Source of the DNA: Alphaproteobacteria bacterium
GTDB taxonomy: Bacteria > Pseudomonadota > Alphaproteobacteria > JAPOUT01 > G958296285
DNA length: 64,000 nt
Assembly: GCA_965212115.1 (NCBI GenBank)
Contig: CBDBUR010000001.1
Span: forward strand, 641,395 to 705,394
Direction of reading: 5' to 3'
Part shown: piece after piece, positions 50,801 to 56,900 of the stretch
How positions within the stretch are numbered: the first letter of the stretch is position 1
Layout: each line of letters begins with the position of its first letter
Notes under the pieces: generated by a model
What the model saw: the letters and a program-made list of their open reading frames with translations, nothing else
What the model was told of the DNA's origin: nothing
Database searches by the model: none
Program-made: the position numbers and the translations under genes

Positions 50801-53567
50801 CACCGCTCTGGCCGATGATCTCGCGCGCGCCGCCGATAAACGCGAGCGTGGCATCGCCCGCGCCATCGCTTCTGCCAACATTGATCCCGCGTGCGCCTTT
50901 GATGTCGGCCGAAAGCGTGAAAGTGCCGCTAGATATGATGGCCTTGAAGTTGCGACCACCGAAATCAATATGCGTCGCAGTGATCGTCAGAGCAGGTGCT
51001 TCAAGCGTTATTTCATCTGAACCGGAAAAGTTCACGCTGTCCGTTGCATTGATGGTCAGAGGCTGCTCCCCTGTTGAAGCAGCAGGCAGCGTGACGCGAT
51101 GACCACTGAATGCGCGCCCGCCGATCACATTCATCGCACCATTGCCTAAAATGAGATCGCCCGCGCCGGTCGTGATACTGCCGCTGATTGTCAAAACACC
51201 GCTAGCCGTGACGCACAGATCAACATCGGCGGGAACAAAAGCGCCGCTGCTGACAATTCCCGTTGTGATATGATTGCCATCGAAGCGGGTCGCCGTGAGG
51301 CTGATCGCTGCGCCTGACAATTCGCGCAACCCGCCCGCTACGCCAACGATATTGATTTCTGTTCCCGACAGAGCAAGATCGCCCGGCCCGGTGTTGATGT
51401 CGCGATTGAGCGTGATCGCGCCGCCGCTAGTGAAACTCAAACCGCGACCGGGTGCGATCATCCACCCATAGACCTCATGCGCTATCTTTGTGTTTGCGGA
51501 CAAATGCAGCTCATCCACCGCCAGCTCCAATGGAAGGCCCGTGGGGCTAAATTTTCCTCTTTGCTCAAAGGTTGCTTTCTTTGCGGTCAGCGTGAGGCGG
51601 TCGCCGTTTTCTGGAACGCCAATGTTACCTGCCTCGCTGATGCCGGTTTTCATAATGATTTCATTGTCCTCCCAGAGGATATTGCCGCCCAGCACGATAG
51701 TGCGATGTGCGGCAAGCAGCAGTATGAGTCCGCGAGGAGCATCATCATCTATAACCTGCGAAACTGCGCCGATGAGCCGGATGTTTTTGCCCCTTAACTC
51801 AATGCTGTTGGAGAAAAAGATATTTTGACCTTCAAGCCTAATGTCTTTATCCTTGCCAACACTCATGTCCTGCTCAACAGTGATTGAAGACCCTGTGGCA
51901 ACCAGATTCAAACTTCTATTTTCAACCACCATCCAAGGGCGAACGGTCTGATTCCTTGTTGTGGTCAAGGATAATTTTTGAACTGAGGAATCAAAATTAA
52001 ATAAAACCTCAGAAAACGTGCGATTTCCTTGTTTGAGATAAATCTCGCTTGCAGTCAGCGTTATGTTTTCGCCGGTGATCAAACGATTTGCCGTCATCCG
52101 CAACAGGCCGATGCCGACATTAATCGGCTGATTGACCTCTATATTGCCTGCAGTGACCCGCAGCGTCAAATCGATATTGTGAGTATTGGTAATCGCAAAA
52201 TCGACAATGAGCCGCTCGGTTGCCTCAAGCCTCAACGTGCCGCCCGTCCACGCTGAGATCAAAGACGCGTTGATGTAAAGTGTCTGAGGTCCTGGCAAGA
52301 GGGAATCTATTGGAAGGTTCGTTAACTGATTCGGGCCAGACCATGTCGCAGTTCCTGGGGGAGGGCTAGATGGCCCTTGTTCGACAATTAAAATCCTCCG
52401 CGGATCCAGCAATAACGCGCCGTCCACGCCGACATCAATGCCAGCAAGATTGACCGCCGCGAGATTCACTTTGCCCGAAACTTCAGCAAAGCCGTTGGGC
52501 GCTTTGATCTTGCCATGAAACCATGTTGTCTCATCCGACCAGACAATCACACGGCCTTTCTCTCCGGCGTCGAGCAGCGCATTGGGTTCAACGAGGGTGC
52601 GCTGCGCGTTTTGAACCGCCGCGTTGCCGCCTTTGTAATCGCCGCCGACGAGAATCTCGCTCGCTTTGATGCGCGCGGCGCTCTTGACTGCGACATAGCG
52701 GCCTGTGGTTTCAACCTTTTCATCGGCCTCAACTTGCGCCGACACTTCGTTGATCCCTTCGCCGCCGCCAGAAAGATACACAACACCGCCGCGGCGCTCC
52801 AGCTTCGTCGCCTTGACAACGCCGCCAACCGATACGACATTCGCTCGAACTGCTTGCGCCTCTTGTGCCGTGAGTTTCACGATCCCACCTTGCGCTTCAA
52901 CTCGTCCTTCATTGACAAGCGCAGCGCCCACCGCGCCTGTTTTGACCTCAAATCCGACAAGACCTCCAGCAAAATCCACCGTAAAGGCCTCACCTGCCCC
53001 CAACGCCACATCGCCGCCGGTAGAAGTGATCGTGCCGGTATTTTCAACCCGAACCGCCGCGAGCACCGCGCCGCCGGCCCCTGCCGTGATCGTCCCGTGA
53101 TTGACAACCGCACCCCCCGTACCATCAAGCATCCATTTTGACCTCGTAATGCCCTTTATACGCGCGCTTGTCGCGAGCAGGCCGCCGACATTAACGACAG
53201 CGCCGCGACTAAACTGGACGCCGTTTTGATTCTCTATGATCGTGATACCGTTGGAGGTATAACTTCCAGAGATATTCGTTGGCCCTGCGCCATCTATACG
53301 AATCAGCAACCGCGAGGCCGCGCGCGGCTGATGAGCCTGTGCGCTTTCATGTTTCGCAATATTAAAGCTCGACCACTGGGTCGCGAGAAAATCGCTGTTT
53401 TGATGGATGTCGGTGTGGCTGCCCGACTGTTCGATGTATCCTGAGCCCTGCGTGATTCGCCCACCCTGCGGCATAGCCATCACCGCCGCGCTCAGCATGA
53501 GCGCGATTGCAAAACTGCCTAATTGCATCAAGAATTCTATACGACCAAATATCAACAAGAGATTCAA
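30102..53567 (-). CDS. giant two-partner-secretion exoprotein (TpsA / filamentous-haemagglutinin-like), 7,821 aa, paralog of gene 1
   Basis: Uninterrupted 23.5 kb ORF. The TTG start at 53567 is preceded by a strong Shine-Dalgarno (gAAGGAGaggagtTTG), and an alternative ATG lies at 53528. Signal peptide (..RIEFLMQLGSFAIALMLSAAVMAMP), then a TPS domain (QGGRITQGSGYIEQSGSHTDIHQNSDFLATQWSSFNIA..NGITIIENQNGVQFSRGAVVNVGGLLATSA). The central region is a distinct set of ~330-400-aa repeats carrying a recurring A(R/N)ILSG..(V/I)(S/N)L motif. The C-terminal ~2,900 aa are homologous to, but not identical with, the gene 1/3 C-terminal module. TAA stop at 30102-30104. Confidence 0.85.
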   Translation of the reverse strand: MNLLLIFGRIEFLMQLGSFAIALMLSAAVMAMPQGGRITQGSGYIEQSGSHTDIHQNSDFLATQWSSFNIAKHESAQAHQPRAASRLLIRIDGAGPTNISGSYTSNGITIIENQNGVQFSRGAVVNVGGLLATSARIKGITRSKWMLDGTGGAVVNHGTITAGAGGAVLAAVRVENTGTITSTGGDVALGAGEAFTVDFAGGLVGFEVKTGAVGAALVNEGRVEAQGGIVKLTAQEAQAVRANVVSVGGVVKATKLERRGGVVYLSGGGEGINEVSAQVEADEKVETTGRYVAVKSAARIKASEILVGGDYKGGNAAVQNAQRTLVEPNALLDAGEKGRVIVWSDETTWFHGKIKAPNGFAEVSGKVNLAAVNLAGIDVGVDGALLLDPRRILIVEQGPSSPPPGTATWSGPNQLTNLPIDSLLPGPQTLYINASLISAWTGGTLRLEATERLIVDFAITNTHNIDLTLRVTAGNIEVNQPINVGIGLLRMTANRLITGENITLTASEIYLKQGNRTFSEVLFNFDSSVQKLSLTTTRNQTVRPWMVVENRSLNLVATGSSITVEQDMSVGKDKDIRLEGQNIFFSNSIELRGKNIRLIGAVSQVIDDDAPRGLILLLAAHRTIVLGGNILWEDNEIIMKTGISEAGNIGVPENGDRLTLTAKKATFEQRGKFSPTGLPLELAVDELHLSANTKIAHEVYGWMIAPGRGLSFTSGGAITLNRDINTGPGDLALSGTEINIVGVAGGLRELSGAAISLTATRFDGNHITTGIVSSGAFVPADVDLCVTASGVLTISGSITTGAGDLILGNGAMNVIGGRAFSGHRVTLPAASTGEQPLTINATDSVNFSGSDEITLEAPALTITATHIDFGGRNFKAIISSGTFTLSADIKGARGINVGRSDGAGDATLAFIGGAREIIGQSGVSVAISAAEITTSDNHDLTIATLGDARPINLSLYADINIGRGVLTLSAGARDSLSLLTIGAILTASNDSKPSTNDIPILTAATIKLIQQSKFSSTEVFVFRDAGALELTVSANNQNVADWMLGFNRDLTLTNQTRLYGSITIDSAIVADGEPNAARKVGDADLIFNSGLGKIAVNANIKTRGVLTLKTGVSSIELGTGVTLLQGASVDIAAADQITANGNNIHLTISATNSDLTIKNDINVGAAGRLTLMAARGDNHAAITNGTIARNGTTTRILTAATVKLLQQAAFENPDTPAFSFTAAALELTTEKNQIFHDWMGVSGMNLTLITCASCEIISHQNIDVGSGAIILKAGSIDFGSNSARTLSGATLNFKTNAIYNPNGLIRVTAAHGAITTTNFTEEGNSAPTVTTRSLTLEQTGTFADDLFILPNQAFLLTLKANGSAAQSVKAWMLNGSTADGAAVLNRSFSFTATDTTITIGRDINITRNLTLKGMTIAFSGGARVLSGNMVSLTSNATTHDGQNITIKAGRDLSLDMASFDIGAGVLRLTAGEGEQAAQIGAITFANSFSAALLALTASSITLTQDETFFSMTQPERVSFGAIVPEGFFTGDDRHIPKITALPSWLTLPGLTRTLGAGWALEIGLSDLEGGALSDGAGRIESSIGIVLNAGAHGITFNDDIADDAVITLTAQAILITAASFDLGGRVLKLIAAGGVITLDGGVDGLRIFGTANPIGAHGLELQAMAIEAGSGAGAPRLNVPSVSITQSGAFASTTPFKFSHPDGIGTVAKLTLKTAVAGQRVHPSWMLAANRDLTLTNTSGKVFVADAAVINDESFGALTLTSAINKIEIGANITIGGALTLNSRTAIDFLGSSGMTLALQGATIILNGTHVASSDGVNLTLTAMTGDVSFESRVAAIKINGDDGTDGEFVVVARQGSIFGNGTIPTLTSQALVSLTQGSLFAGGIFDLTGVGQLTLTTTAASGTQPVSDWMLNEEDRGLSLTADSAKIAIKRNIITGANRGLILSADQIQIAGSETEARILSGRSVQITAPHGVATGQFGRNNVFVAALVGNFDLSLMASGVSNGVSLDLNADVDLGRRGSATLTLEGQTLTPRAGSVITAAVVSITQQDALFAEGALYDLSAVGTLKLITHAGLSTVQNVQNWMLTPQARNLSLTSDGVVRIGDDIAITGDFMLKARGVDHASRNLMIEAGDISIDSATLIDLDDHSLVVRASGALTLAANINASAITLTTGAGAIAVIGARDLTALTIRLAQVNLFGSAAPFAGFNGTTTLELTTSAAAGSQEVYDWMAVNDRALSLSSARPVVIDDDIELGRGALILSAARINIGGAIGRARILSGAAVSLTARAGIFIGTITRDNLLGEISAFDKAVGDDFDLTISAQGDLIVAGDVDIGAGALRLSAGDAISRGSAVRVLRAASVILTHDVAFADELFNLPASVGALTLTVNGTVNGETTQGVHQWMLNDQAARGSPVADRAFVLTADSAVIEIKSDIKTGARDFTLSAAAIQIIGAANGSARILSGNVVSLIAVGGINTGTFNKITGDFDTTGGNFNLEIIARGNLTLGGNVNVHDGALSLVAGRADFRGEIDFGMGRVITAISVLLEKGGAVFPAVSSELAAFQNSAAAALEEDDIIVVYTGLNGEQTDEDWFVLRLAENFMLQTQNDKDLVVPGTGFIERSGKIIFNAGAGDISFAATSGAVILRANVIEITAGSFNLGGDRLTIVVTGSGGALTIAADITEASVVDVGVATLAFTGADRVISGMGDLDIVLTAGNITTDDGHSLTILSGGDLTLNSDINIGGGALTLTADSDQDEADGALIFGAATPTLTAEKVHLTQDVAFGGDLFSLAFVSLLELDTDEAQTVLAWMVKDGRGLDLASEGVITIRSDIELGSGDLTLAGLRIRVEGAANNRRLLTGNEVNLSGDIAIGVISSDATFTAVKDGEGNFSLTITADGVLTLGGTIDVGGGDLILTGMDGISLSLASTARFSGGHITITGAISKSNTVNTSLFILAQHDLTLNDSIDALPSPPASESFLRWQIVLAAGISDSTVGNIITPAIDGSGGALPELKTSHIVMTQDDSFGTERIFSLASSVNLLSLTTRTDQVQPVHDWMDPATGFEALILNARASARIELGRDLSASGIRYFILRAPMIALTKDVKAKAGYIYLMGNITGDNDLTVIVGNDDPHIVSRVIFGGDVDLGAGALSVSSDEIFFADSSNDGVRVFPERDSFTLSAREISLTGTVEVGMIASTLNAQSGLVLYADYERFPSSIERFTLEADENLTIDSASFDVRGSVLVLKAGQGRRHGGVISFTQGLATNITASFYQLFQDGALFPVEAENRPANFLINEQGDQAAVTDIVIIYEGGEKQKSVEWAIIVPDILERGDGSAEIMLTRADFPNGILSAIESIMLNAGARAITFSSEIPEDAVLTIKSGVVTLIASAIDFGARSLTIVASAGQLTLNGGGLTGMTIIGTGALTLTADTVGASAGPIILADGSTIFDVAGDVVPIINVPRLDIAQNEEFAARVPMTLMDVASLTLSTSVDQAVHDWMIADGRTLALTSRGGVVKVETRINNRAAGGLTLTSATSEVQIGSDITIGGALALNGSRRITFSGARALSADHIAFSGAVYANNTDLTLIASRDVTLTGSFNIGIYIGTGKLTLTADSGLIIADSTARKLTAGTVSLTHNAAFADDLFTLSFVGALVLTTQETQIVHDWMVQSGMSLSLMSAAEIVIRRDIDIGAGDLILSAAQINIEGEAQRARSLSGGNIGLTARGAEGIRIGRFDDGSGFTPGDFALTIDAAGALTLDNDLSTGAAALSLSAASGDISSRATPTLIAETLSLTQGTEFRPDFPFIIEAANNLTITLAPRVERQLIDHRYGWLFAEGRGLTIAMSGASAQLRIVRDIDLGANSLVFEAGYRIVFFGVRTISADSITLNSAVESDVDLTFKAASTLTVHDITLSGVNAVLTLDVEEGAIGNGGAVRALAAGALTLAQADLFASEQRFTFAAKALELKIEARNPRINIADPQVIWPWMVMAHHDFTLDSVGAILISGNHITGARDINLKGTEIRFEGDPNNPRILSGNNISLHATAADEIRISALPRIDGSNVAGDFDLTIIASGALTLMNDISVGSGALILAGETINVDRTAFALTAGSIKLAQDRAFTSIAPFNLTLSGARPSLEIETGADQTIHSWMIDGITVHNQTLSVTSTGQITISNNIDTGTGALTLRGSRLSITGGGALSGRTITLNGAITSEVALIVRATGTPANALTLESGVVSIAAGDLNALSLSAAMGGISLRAPRLILSGYKVALTGAIATPQGISTNLTIIAQHNVRINNEVNIRRGALVIAAGRAEGSGDGQTGEILWPVNVRENMQTNQESVVRQRLTRDLSTTPAMTMIAALVRLTQDGALFSDERPVAFQNEAGDVIRPRIVFDGTRIQAVMSSWYDIVLNAAYSRIPRRSFVVPTANIRRSQSITLNAGARGTIKFRGFGPIVLAAPQITITARRMDIGRRALTIMADRGTLTLNANIIGTSGDIFLSADEIAFVGNVNRSVTGGNVRVAAANVTSAHNVALIAYHDLTIGADFALADNLTLTAGQDRRVRRQTIKTQGALIFLGTRMISAKEITLTADAAPDKEQASSADLILTAHDDIHVRAAIHVGGGALTLIASGNITSINTPTLTAASINMTQNGSFDATVFDLADIVSSLTLETQAAQTVHAWMIAAANNRSLSLASTHEIIVAGDVETGTGDLSLSGSALTFNAAATLSGMNISLTGAATADNTALTFEAMGILTLNHDVAAGTGALTLTGAQEISLGGSRQTLSGNAITLTGAVSTTASTNLTMRALRNLTIEAINLDNGALVLTAGDGSTIGDITFRGTPTIAARSVRLEQDSQFDEAAPPANVIFAIGGNNGKPEIDDGITTIAAPMAWFTVGQPTNFLRGEDNRDAQGNLLVQLEAGNAIRRFRSITLDAGAGAIAFSGIGAIILEARTVKIIAGDIDLGTRVLTITASGGTLTLNTDLTSTANITLSAEKIVFAGGARTISGAAVSLTSMSAITGAGDVIMIAAGTLKIAADFALRYELSLEAGAAAATGALMFSGARSLSGSAIRLTADTAPISPSNSDLTLIATGNINVAAAINLGSGALTLTASRIVATGAPLVTAARVALTQNQVFGGGTTGSLTLMTNSLSLFSRAVHDQAIHNWMIASGRDLAVRSGRDIRITAAMNNFGAGDFTAEAARGIVFTNATIIEAGDITLTTGANNSISTGDRALTLTAQGDITINADMAIGAGDLSLTVAGAINFAKMRPIKLSGNNIRLVANMMPEASDQNVSIRARANLTLGGSFDAGAGNLSLEAGTSDTHGGLNFSPGAVMLSGNVITLTGNQVPSPSSQDLTVIARDDININTDLDIGMGNLTLEAGAGASIGALQFQTNAATKLQGNNITLIADAMPRVGQRSVTIEAQGNLTVSSSLNTGRGDLTLKAGLAAGAGEGSLFLAPRASIQLLGGDILLEGDGDSTAVGTMPHDLTIRARGNLDIYTDVNLLRGTRQPDENISSNEDETSELLLEAGLGSETGLVRIFGDRALTANRIILRQDGEVFGARAPADLTADELVLSSMSTADQAYHSWMGVSDRSLSLESKGGIVLSENIDLGTGALTLRASRRTIRFSSLMFDRNIRLAGGDITLAAARTITTNDRNLEIVAAGDLRIDANINTNTGTLNLEGRTIMFGGNVRTRFVDGGAIMLTAMNAPTDVIHRAVAIRAKNDLRVRGHLNTGVGDLALIAGYKGVGSLIFDGETMLNGNHITLTGDDAVDTDGKVLMPMASDSAVRVIARRGLNINVNINVGTGALTLEAGAGTGNRDVGALQFRTNVATFLSAAAIKLSADASPRASHRALTISAIGALVIGAAIDAGVGDVALMAGGAIEFSATRNVSVSGNDILLAADAAPQASNRTLRITARGDAVIGADINTGAGDLVLTVGNGARRVRGRRVSNTGAINFVGARRLSGDDITLTADTAPDQNAADLMIVARGSVNINTNIDIAPGNNLGGNLTLVARVIQFSTRHAVALKGNHIVLNANASPRASHHNLMITSLGTLTASSNLNVGRGALTLNTISGAIEGSGSVFAAGVIRLIQEDVFGATSPFSGITLRGTQVEFIVTSSADQTFQTWMLDLASHRQLRRRRHLTVRVGGNLLLSTNIDLRGQNLVLEAGYDDGIGAINFMAEDDDPSITLRASNIALLSTGAAALSASRVNNFDIAISATSGNLVVGADINVGTGDLTLSAVATRRRTTGRIVLTRTSRLNGNNITLTAARNPSAASDQNLTIEALGNVDINTNIIAGAGDVSVVAGGALNFKTNAAVTLSGHDIALVSGELPRGSGQALTVIAAGALEVSAAINLVRRAGRRILRGELRLTAGRGAIVSSGAALTARVIRLTQAAAFAHENPFGDHVVLSRLIEFAATSASAVQRVYPWMVMLTENENVYAHLTIRSAGDIIVDRDIELASSSNLTLEAGQGKSTGAIHFTNEVSLSANNITLTADGTPTTHNVAVALSAWADLLINADIDAGAGNLSLTAGTGTSTGEIRFSTARMVTLSGDAITLNADRTPRVRGYGLALRSASVWAASPFIGARLSRINQIEFITMANEAQKVHDWMISLAARSQANLAVRSAGDIVIAGDVVFERDLIFEAGLGDGSTGVIDFTAASIVSGRSVTLEADGTLKHGNDVNVTIRAARHLNVGADANAGTGDLTFEAGFSTRRARGRRQENIGALTLKGDRNLSGNMITLMGDLAPLQSAGSITITAEGSINVNSDINAGAGDLRLTANGGAINFNTQRMTALTGGTMSLTAAMKPTASGQPLVLRSSEVWATTPFAGANPDVREIEFIATSSVDQPVYDWIVGLAAHLSAHLAVRAAGDVMVVGAIDLGERNLTLEAGYGEAPDAVGVIRFMGGAAITLSGHDITLSADPGFDDGGSAIKTPPLFNQDVKIEAQRHLMLNANLSMTGALSLMAGAGMAVETGEMRLSPSRRVILTARQFTLTADRASQNVRGRALTLISSDQYAEDDPFGDFRTNVREIELITTSQMDQTLQSWMAALAVRSNAHLVIRAARDLNIRGDLILVTTRRGARSSRRDLTLEAGRGLSAADTGTINFDTAATLDANTITLRADGSAPRGSGDVVIRSSFNVDVGADLNAGAGDLRLEAGFGRRRSGRRMRANTGVLILAGERILSGMNIMLAADRTPSQNQSASSLKAIAMRDIHVNMSLLVTGALSLTAGMGDSTTGALRFSSGRAITLSGHDIKLTTDATLPNSAHRRTGNVIVRATGDLSLNGQLTAGRGNLVLAAGFGAQNIGVINVGASVATILKGNHVTLSADATDNNGRAMRPMTGSQAVTIEARRHLTLDVDIMTVNDLALMAGTAARNGELRFSRSREIILSGKEVTLASDRAPSRGSDRSLTVEAADDLNVDTDINLGSGALVLTAGRNTQANNVGVLNFRRDRRDRPSQTLAAASVTLSQDEEVFDSAPPVRFARRVESLTVNYDGNDAQAVQDWMVLRSGIDLKITSDGSLDVERDIEVGAGALALSAARGMAFAGEGDERRLAAASIALTSGSSTTMISSSAHDLTIDARGDVRINNDIALDGIGRVLEIRAGADGSGKVETPAHDGKTAPSLTASHVSLEQADEFSATRPFDLSKDVSITTRRSQRVQDWMVTEGQKLSLTTRSGDITFGTGEHDLGPRGELVLSPARATKFEGTAALRAGRITVNSDIDAGASALTVEATEALNFDAETVKVSGRALTLTAGSTRAHNLFIEARASLTLGTGTSLAASRVLAIDNGKRGVGTVKIFNLKRNSLRAPRFDVDFPCQNTQCLTQTD
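52400..53477 (-). other. signal peptide plus TPS secretion domain and conserved N-terminal extension of gene 2
   Basis: Residue-by-residue similarity to the gene 1 N-terminus through ...DETTWFHGKIKAPNGFAEVSGKVNLAAVNLAGIDVGVDGALLLDP (about 52400-52425). Beyond that the genes diverge; in gene 2 a Pro-rich linker (EQGPSSPPPGTATWSGP) follows. Confidence 0.8.
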
Positions 53568-53948
53568 ACTCCTCTCCTTCTCTTTGAGATATTATTCATA
53601 CTCATCCCTCATCGGAAGATAAGTCAAGAAAGATAGGGGCACTTCTCAAAGAAGTGATTGTGTCGTTGGATGAATCAAAAAATAAAAATAGTTTGCAAAA
53701 AGGTGATCGCACTAAAGTGATTGCTATACTCTCATAGATATAATTCGATTGACTTGGCGTCGAAATTTCATACCCTTGAGATCAGCGCTATCGGAAGATT
53801 TAGAGCATAAGAAGCGATGTTCAAGCTTTGCAATATGGCTTGTTGGATAAAATGATATATTTGATACCTACAAGGAGTCAAAGGGTGGTGGCGTGAACAC
53901 ACAGCGCACCGACGCCATTCGCCCTCATTGCATTGATTTTTCCCTGGA
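53568..53948 (-). promoter_or_regulatory. AT-rich 381-bp intergenic region upstream of gene 2 with a probable promoter and ribosome-binding site
   Basis: Strong Shine-Dalgarno AAGGAGAGGAG directly upstream of the TTG at 53567. Several TTGACT / TTGCAA and TATA-like elements lie on the minus strand, but none has ideal 17-bp spacing. No ORF of 60 aa or more falls in this region. Confidence 0.3.
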
Positions 53949-56900
53949 TTAGGGCGTTGTGATGCTGCATTGGGTCATGCAGTGGAAGTCAATATCAAAA
54001 CTCGTAGCGCTCAGCGTCGCGCCGCCATTGAACATCGGAACAGCACCACCAGTGTCAATCCCTAAAATGCCGCTCGCTGTCAATGAGGTCGATAACGACA
54101 AACCGCTCGTCGCCACAACAAATAAATTAACCGCAGACGATGAACCCGCCTCGAGCGTCAGCATCCGCGCCGAAAGCCTCACCACATCCGCGCTAAAATC
54201 TAAAGCGCCCGACGCATCCAATTCTAAATTATGCACGCCCGCTTCAATGTTCCCATTAACCTCAATCATCATGGCATCCACCATCACACTCCCATTCACC
54301 ACGCTCGCATCCGTAAAAGTAAAACGCGTCGCACCCGACGCAGCCAACGTCAGCGAACCCGTGCCAAAATTATACGACGCCGTCCCAACGCTCGAACTCG
54401 ACGCAAATATAATGTCCCCAAACACCTCCGTCGATAAACTTAAATCACGATTCAACGCTATCATCCAATCTCGAACCGTCAGCAATGATGAACGACGCGT
54501 CGTAATCGAAACAGCCGCAGTAGACGACAGCACAAATGAATCCTCAACCGCAAAATCCTCCGTCTGATCTAAAAATATACTCCCCGCTGTCAATGCCGGT
54601 GAACCCGTCGCGCTAATGCCGCCCGAACCAAACTCCGTCACCGATCGACCACGCACAGTCCTCGTGACGTCAAAACCCGCCGTGATCCGCAACTCGCTCG
54701 ACGCGCCGCTCACCGTGATCGCATCGTTGATCGTGACATCTCCACGACCCTCAATCCGCAGATTAACCGATGACATCACAACCTCCGAACCACTGCTATC
54801 ACTATCGCTCGTCACAATAATATCGTTGCCACGAACAAAACGCTCACCGCTCGTCCCCGTGAACGATAATCCACCCGCCGCTGATAAAGTCAAATTACCC
54901 GTGCCTGTATCAATATTACGCCCGATAACCAAAACACCGCTAGACACAATCTCTACATCAATACCCGAACGAACCATCCACCCCTCAACCTCCTGCATCC
55001 CCGCACCGCTATAATTCACAGCCAGACCTGTCAAACCCCCGCGAAAAATAACAGGCACCGTTCCATCAAAAACTTCCCCCTGACTAAATGACAGCTCACC
55101 CGCCGTTATCGATAACGTCGGCGTCGTCACACCCCGACGCGTCCGCGTCGGAAAATCAAGCGCGCCCGCAGCCGTAAAAGACACAGAGCCCGAACCCACA
55201 TTCAGCAGCGCGCGAACCATCAAATCGCCCGACGACACAACACGCACCGCTTGATCACTACCACGCCGCGGCGCACGACGCGATGTCATAGATACTTCAG
55301 CACCACTTAAATCAATCGACCGCGTCGACGAAAACCTCAACTCGCTGCGACTGCCCGACGCCGTCAAAGTTAAATCTCCCGCCGTTAGCAAACTCGTACC
55401 CACCGTCAAATTGCCCGTCGCAATGATCAATACCGCCAAAGTCCCCACACTCGGCTCAAGACGAGTCGTCCCATCAGAACCAAACTCGTCCGCTGTCAAA
55501 ACTACGCTCACACCACGCAACTCCGTCGCCAGCGCCGTCCCTACAGTGATAACTCCAAAATTCTCCTCAACATTCGTCACAGCCATCCCGTCCATCATCG
55601 TCTCGACCGTCTCCGACGCGCCCGCCTCTAAAGTCAGATTGCCACGACCCGATGTCAGAGGACCATTCAATGTCAAGTTCCCTCTCGCACGTACGGTCAC
55701 ATTCTCACGACGACGGTGCGTCTCAAGATCCCCAGTACTCCTCAAACTGATGTTCTCTCCGCGCAATGTCCGTGAACCGCTAAATCTCACCCGATCCGCC
55801 GTCAAAACTAAATCACCTGTCGCTTCAATGTTCGTGCCAATCGTGAGATCACCTGACGCTTCAACCGTTAAAGCCTCCGCCATCACTGCGTTGCCAAGTA
55901 AATTAATGCCAGCACCGCCTAATGTCCGCGTCCCCGTCAAAACGACGTCGCCATTATTCGCCAATGTCCGCGTCCGGCGACCCACACGCGCGCGACGCGT
56001 CCCAAAACCCGCCTCCAAACGCAAATTACCCGTCCCAGAATTGAGGTGCGCCCCAATCGTCAGATCAAACGAAGTCCGTACAACAACATCACCCGCCAAA
56101 CCCGTCGCTGTCGGCCCATCGCCAAACAACATGATCGTCTCCGCATCCAACTCAACCGTTTCAATGAAATTGATCGTCCCTGAATTGCTCGTCCCCGAGT
56201 CAGGGACATCATAACCCGCTTCAAGAATCAATGAACGACCATTGCTCCGTAAGCCTCGAAGATCCGTCGAAACCAAAACAAGATTGCCGCTCACCGATAA
56301 ATCCCCTGACGCACGAACCACCAAACGCGCGCCTGACACCACCATCCAAGCCCCAACCGGCTGCGACGACGACGACAACGCGTTGAATTCAAGCTCCGCA
56401 ACATTGGGCTCAAAATTAGTAAAATTAGCCGCTTCAAAAGGAAGCATCGAAATTAAGCGCAGCCCCAAGCCAGACATAACATTCGAGACGCCATCCCCCG
56501 CTACCATGAAACTATTCGCCCTCAAAACAACCGCACGTGATCCCTGACCATCAAAACGCAGCTCCCCTGTCTCTCCCGCTACCGTGCTCGCGCCTGCCGT
56601 CAGCCCCAAAACCCCCGACGTCGATATGTCCGCATTTACTTCTAAATCGCCCTGCGCCGTGATCGTTAAGTTTTGACCAAACGGCGATGACACCGCTCCA
56701 TGCGCGTCCAAAATAATATCACCGCCGCTCAATACAAGCGGCGCCGGGCCAGTGAAATTGATCAAACCGGGATTGCGAACCTGAACTTCAACCTGCTCAC
56801 CCATTTCGTTCGTCATCATCATCGCCATCGTGCCCCGTCCAGCCTCAAGCGTTAGGTCCCCTGCGCCAAGCGCAAGCGAGCTGCCCACCACCACATTGCC

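Noticed and set aside
53568-53948. Possible small gene or ncRNA in the 381-bp gap upstream of gene 2
   Set aside because: No ORF of 60 aa or more on either strand and no convincing stem-loop or tRNA-like structure. It is best explained as the promoter/5'-UTR region of gene 2.
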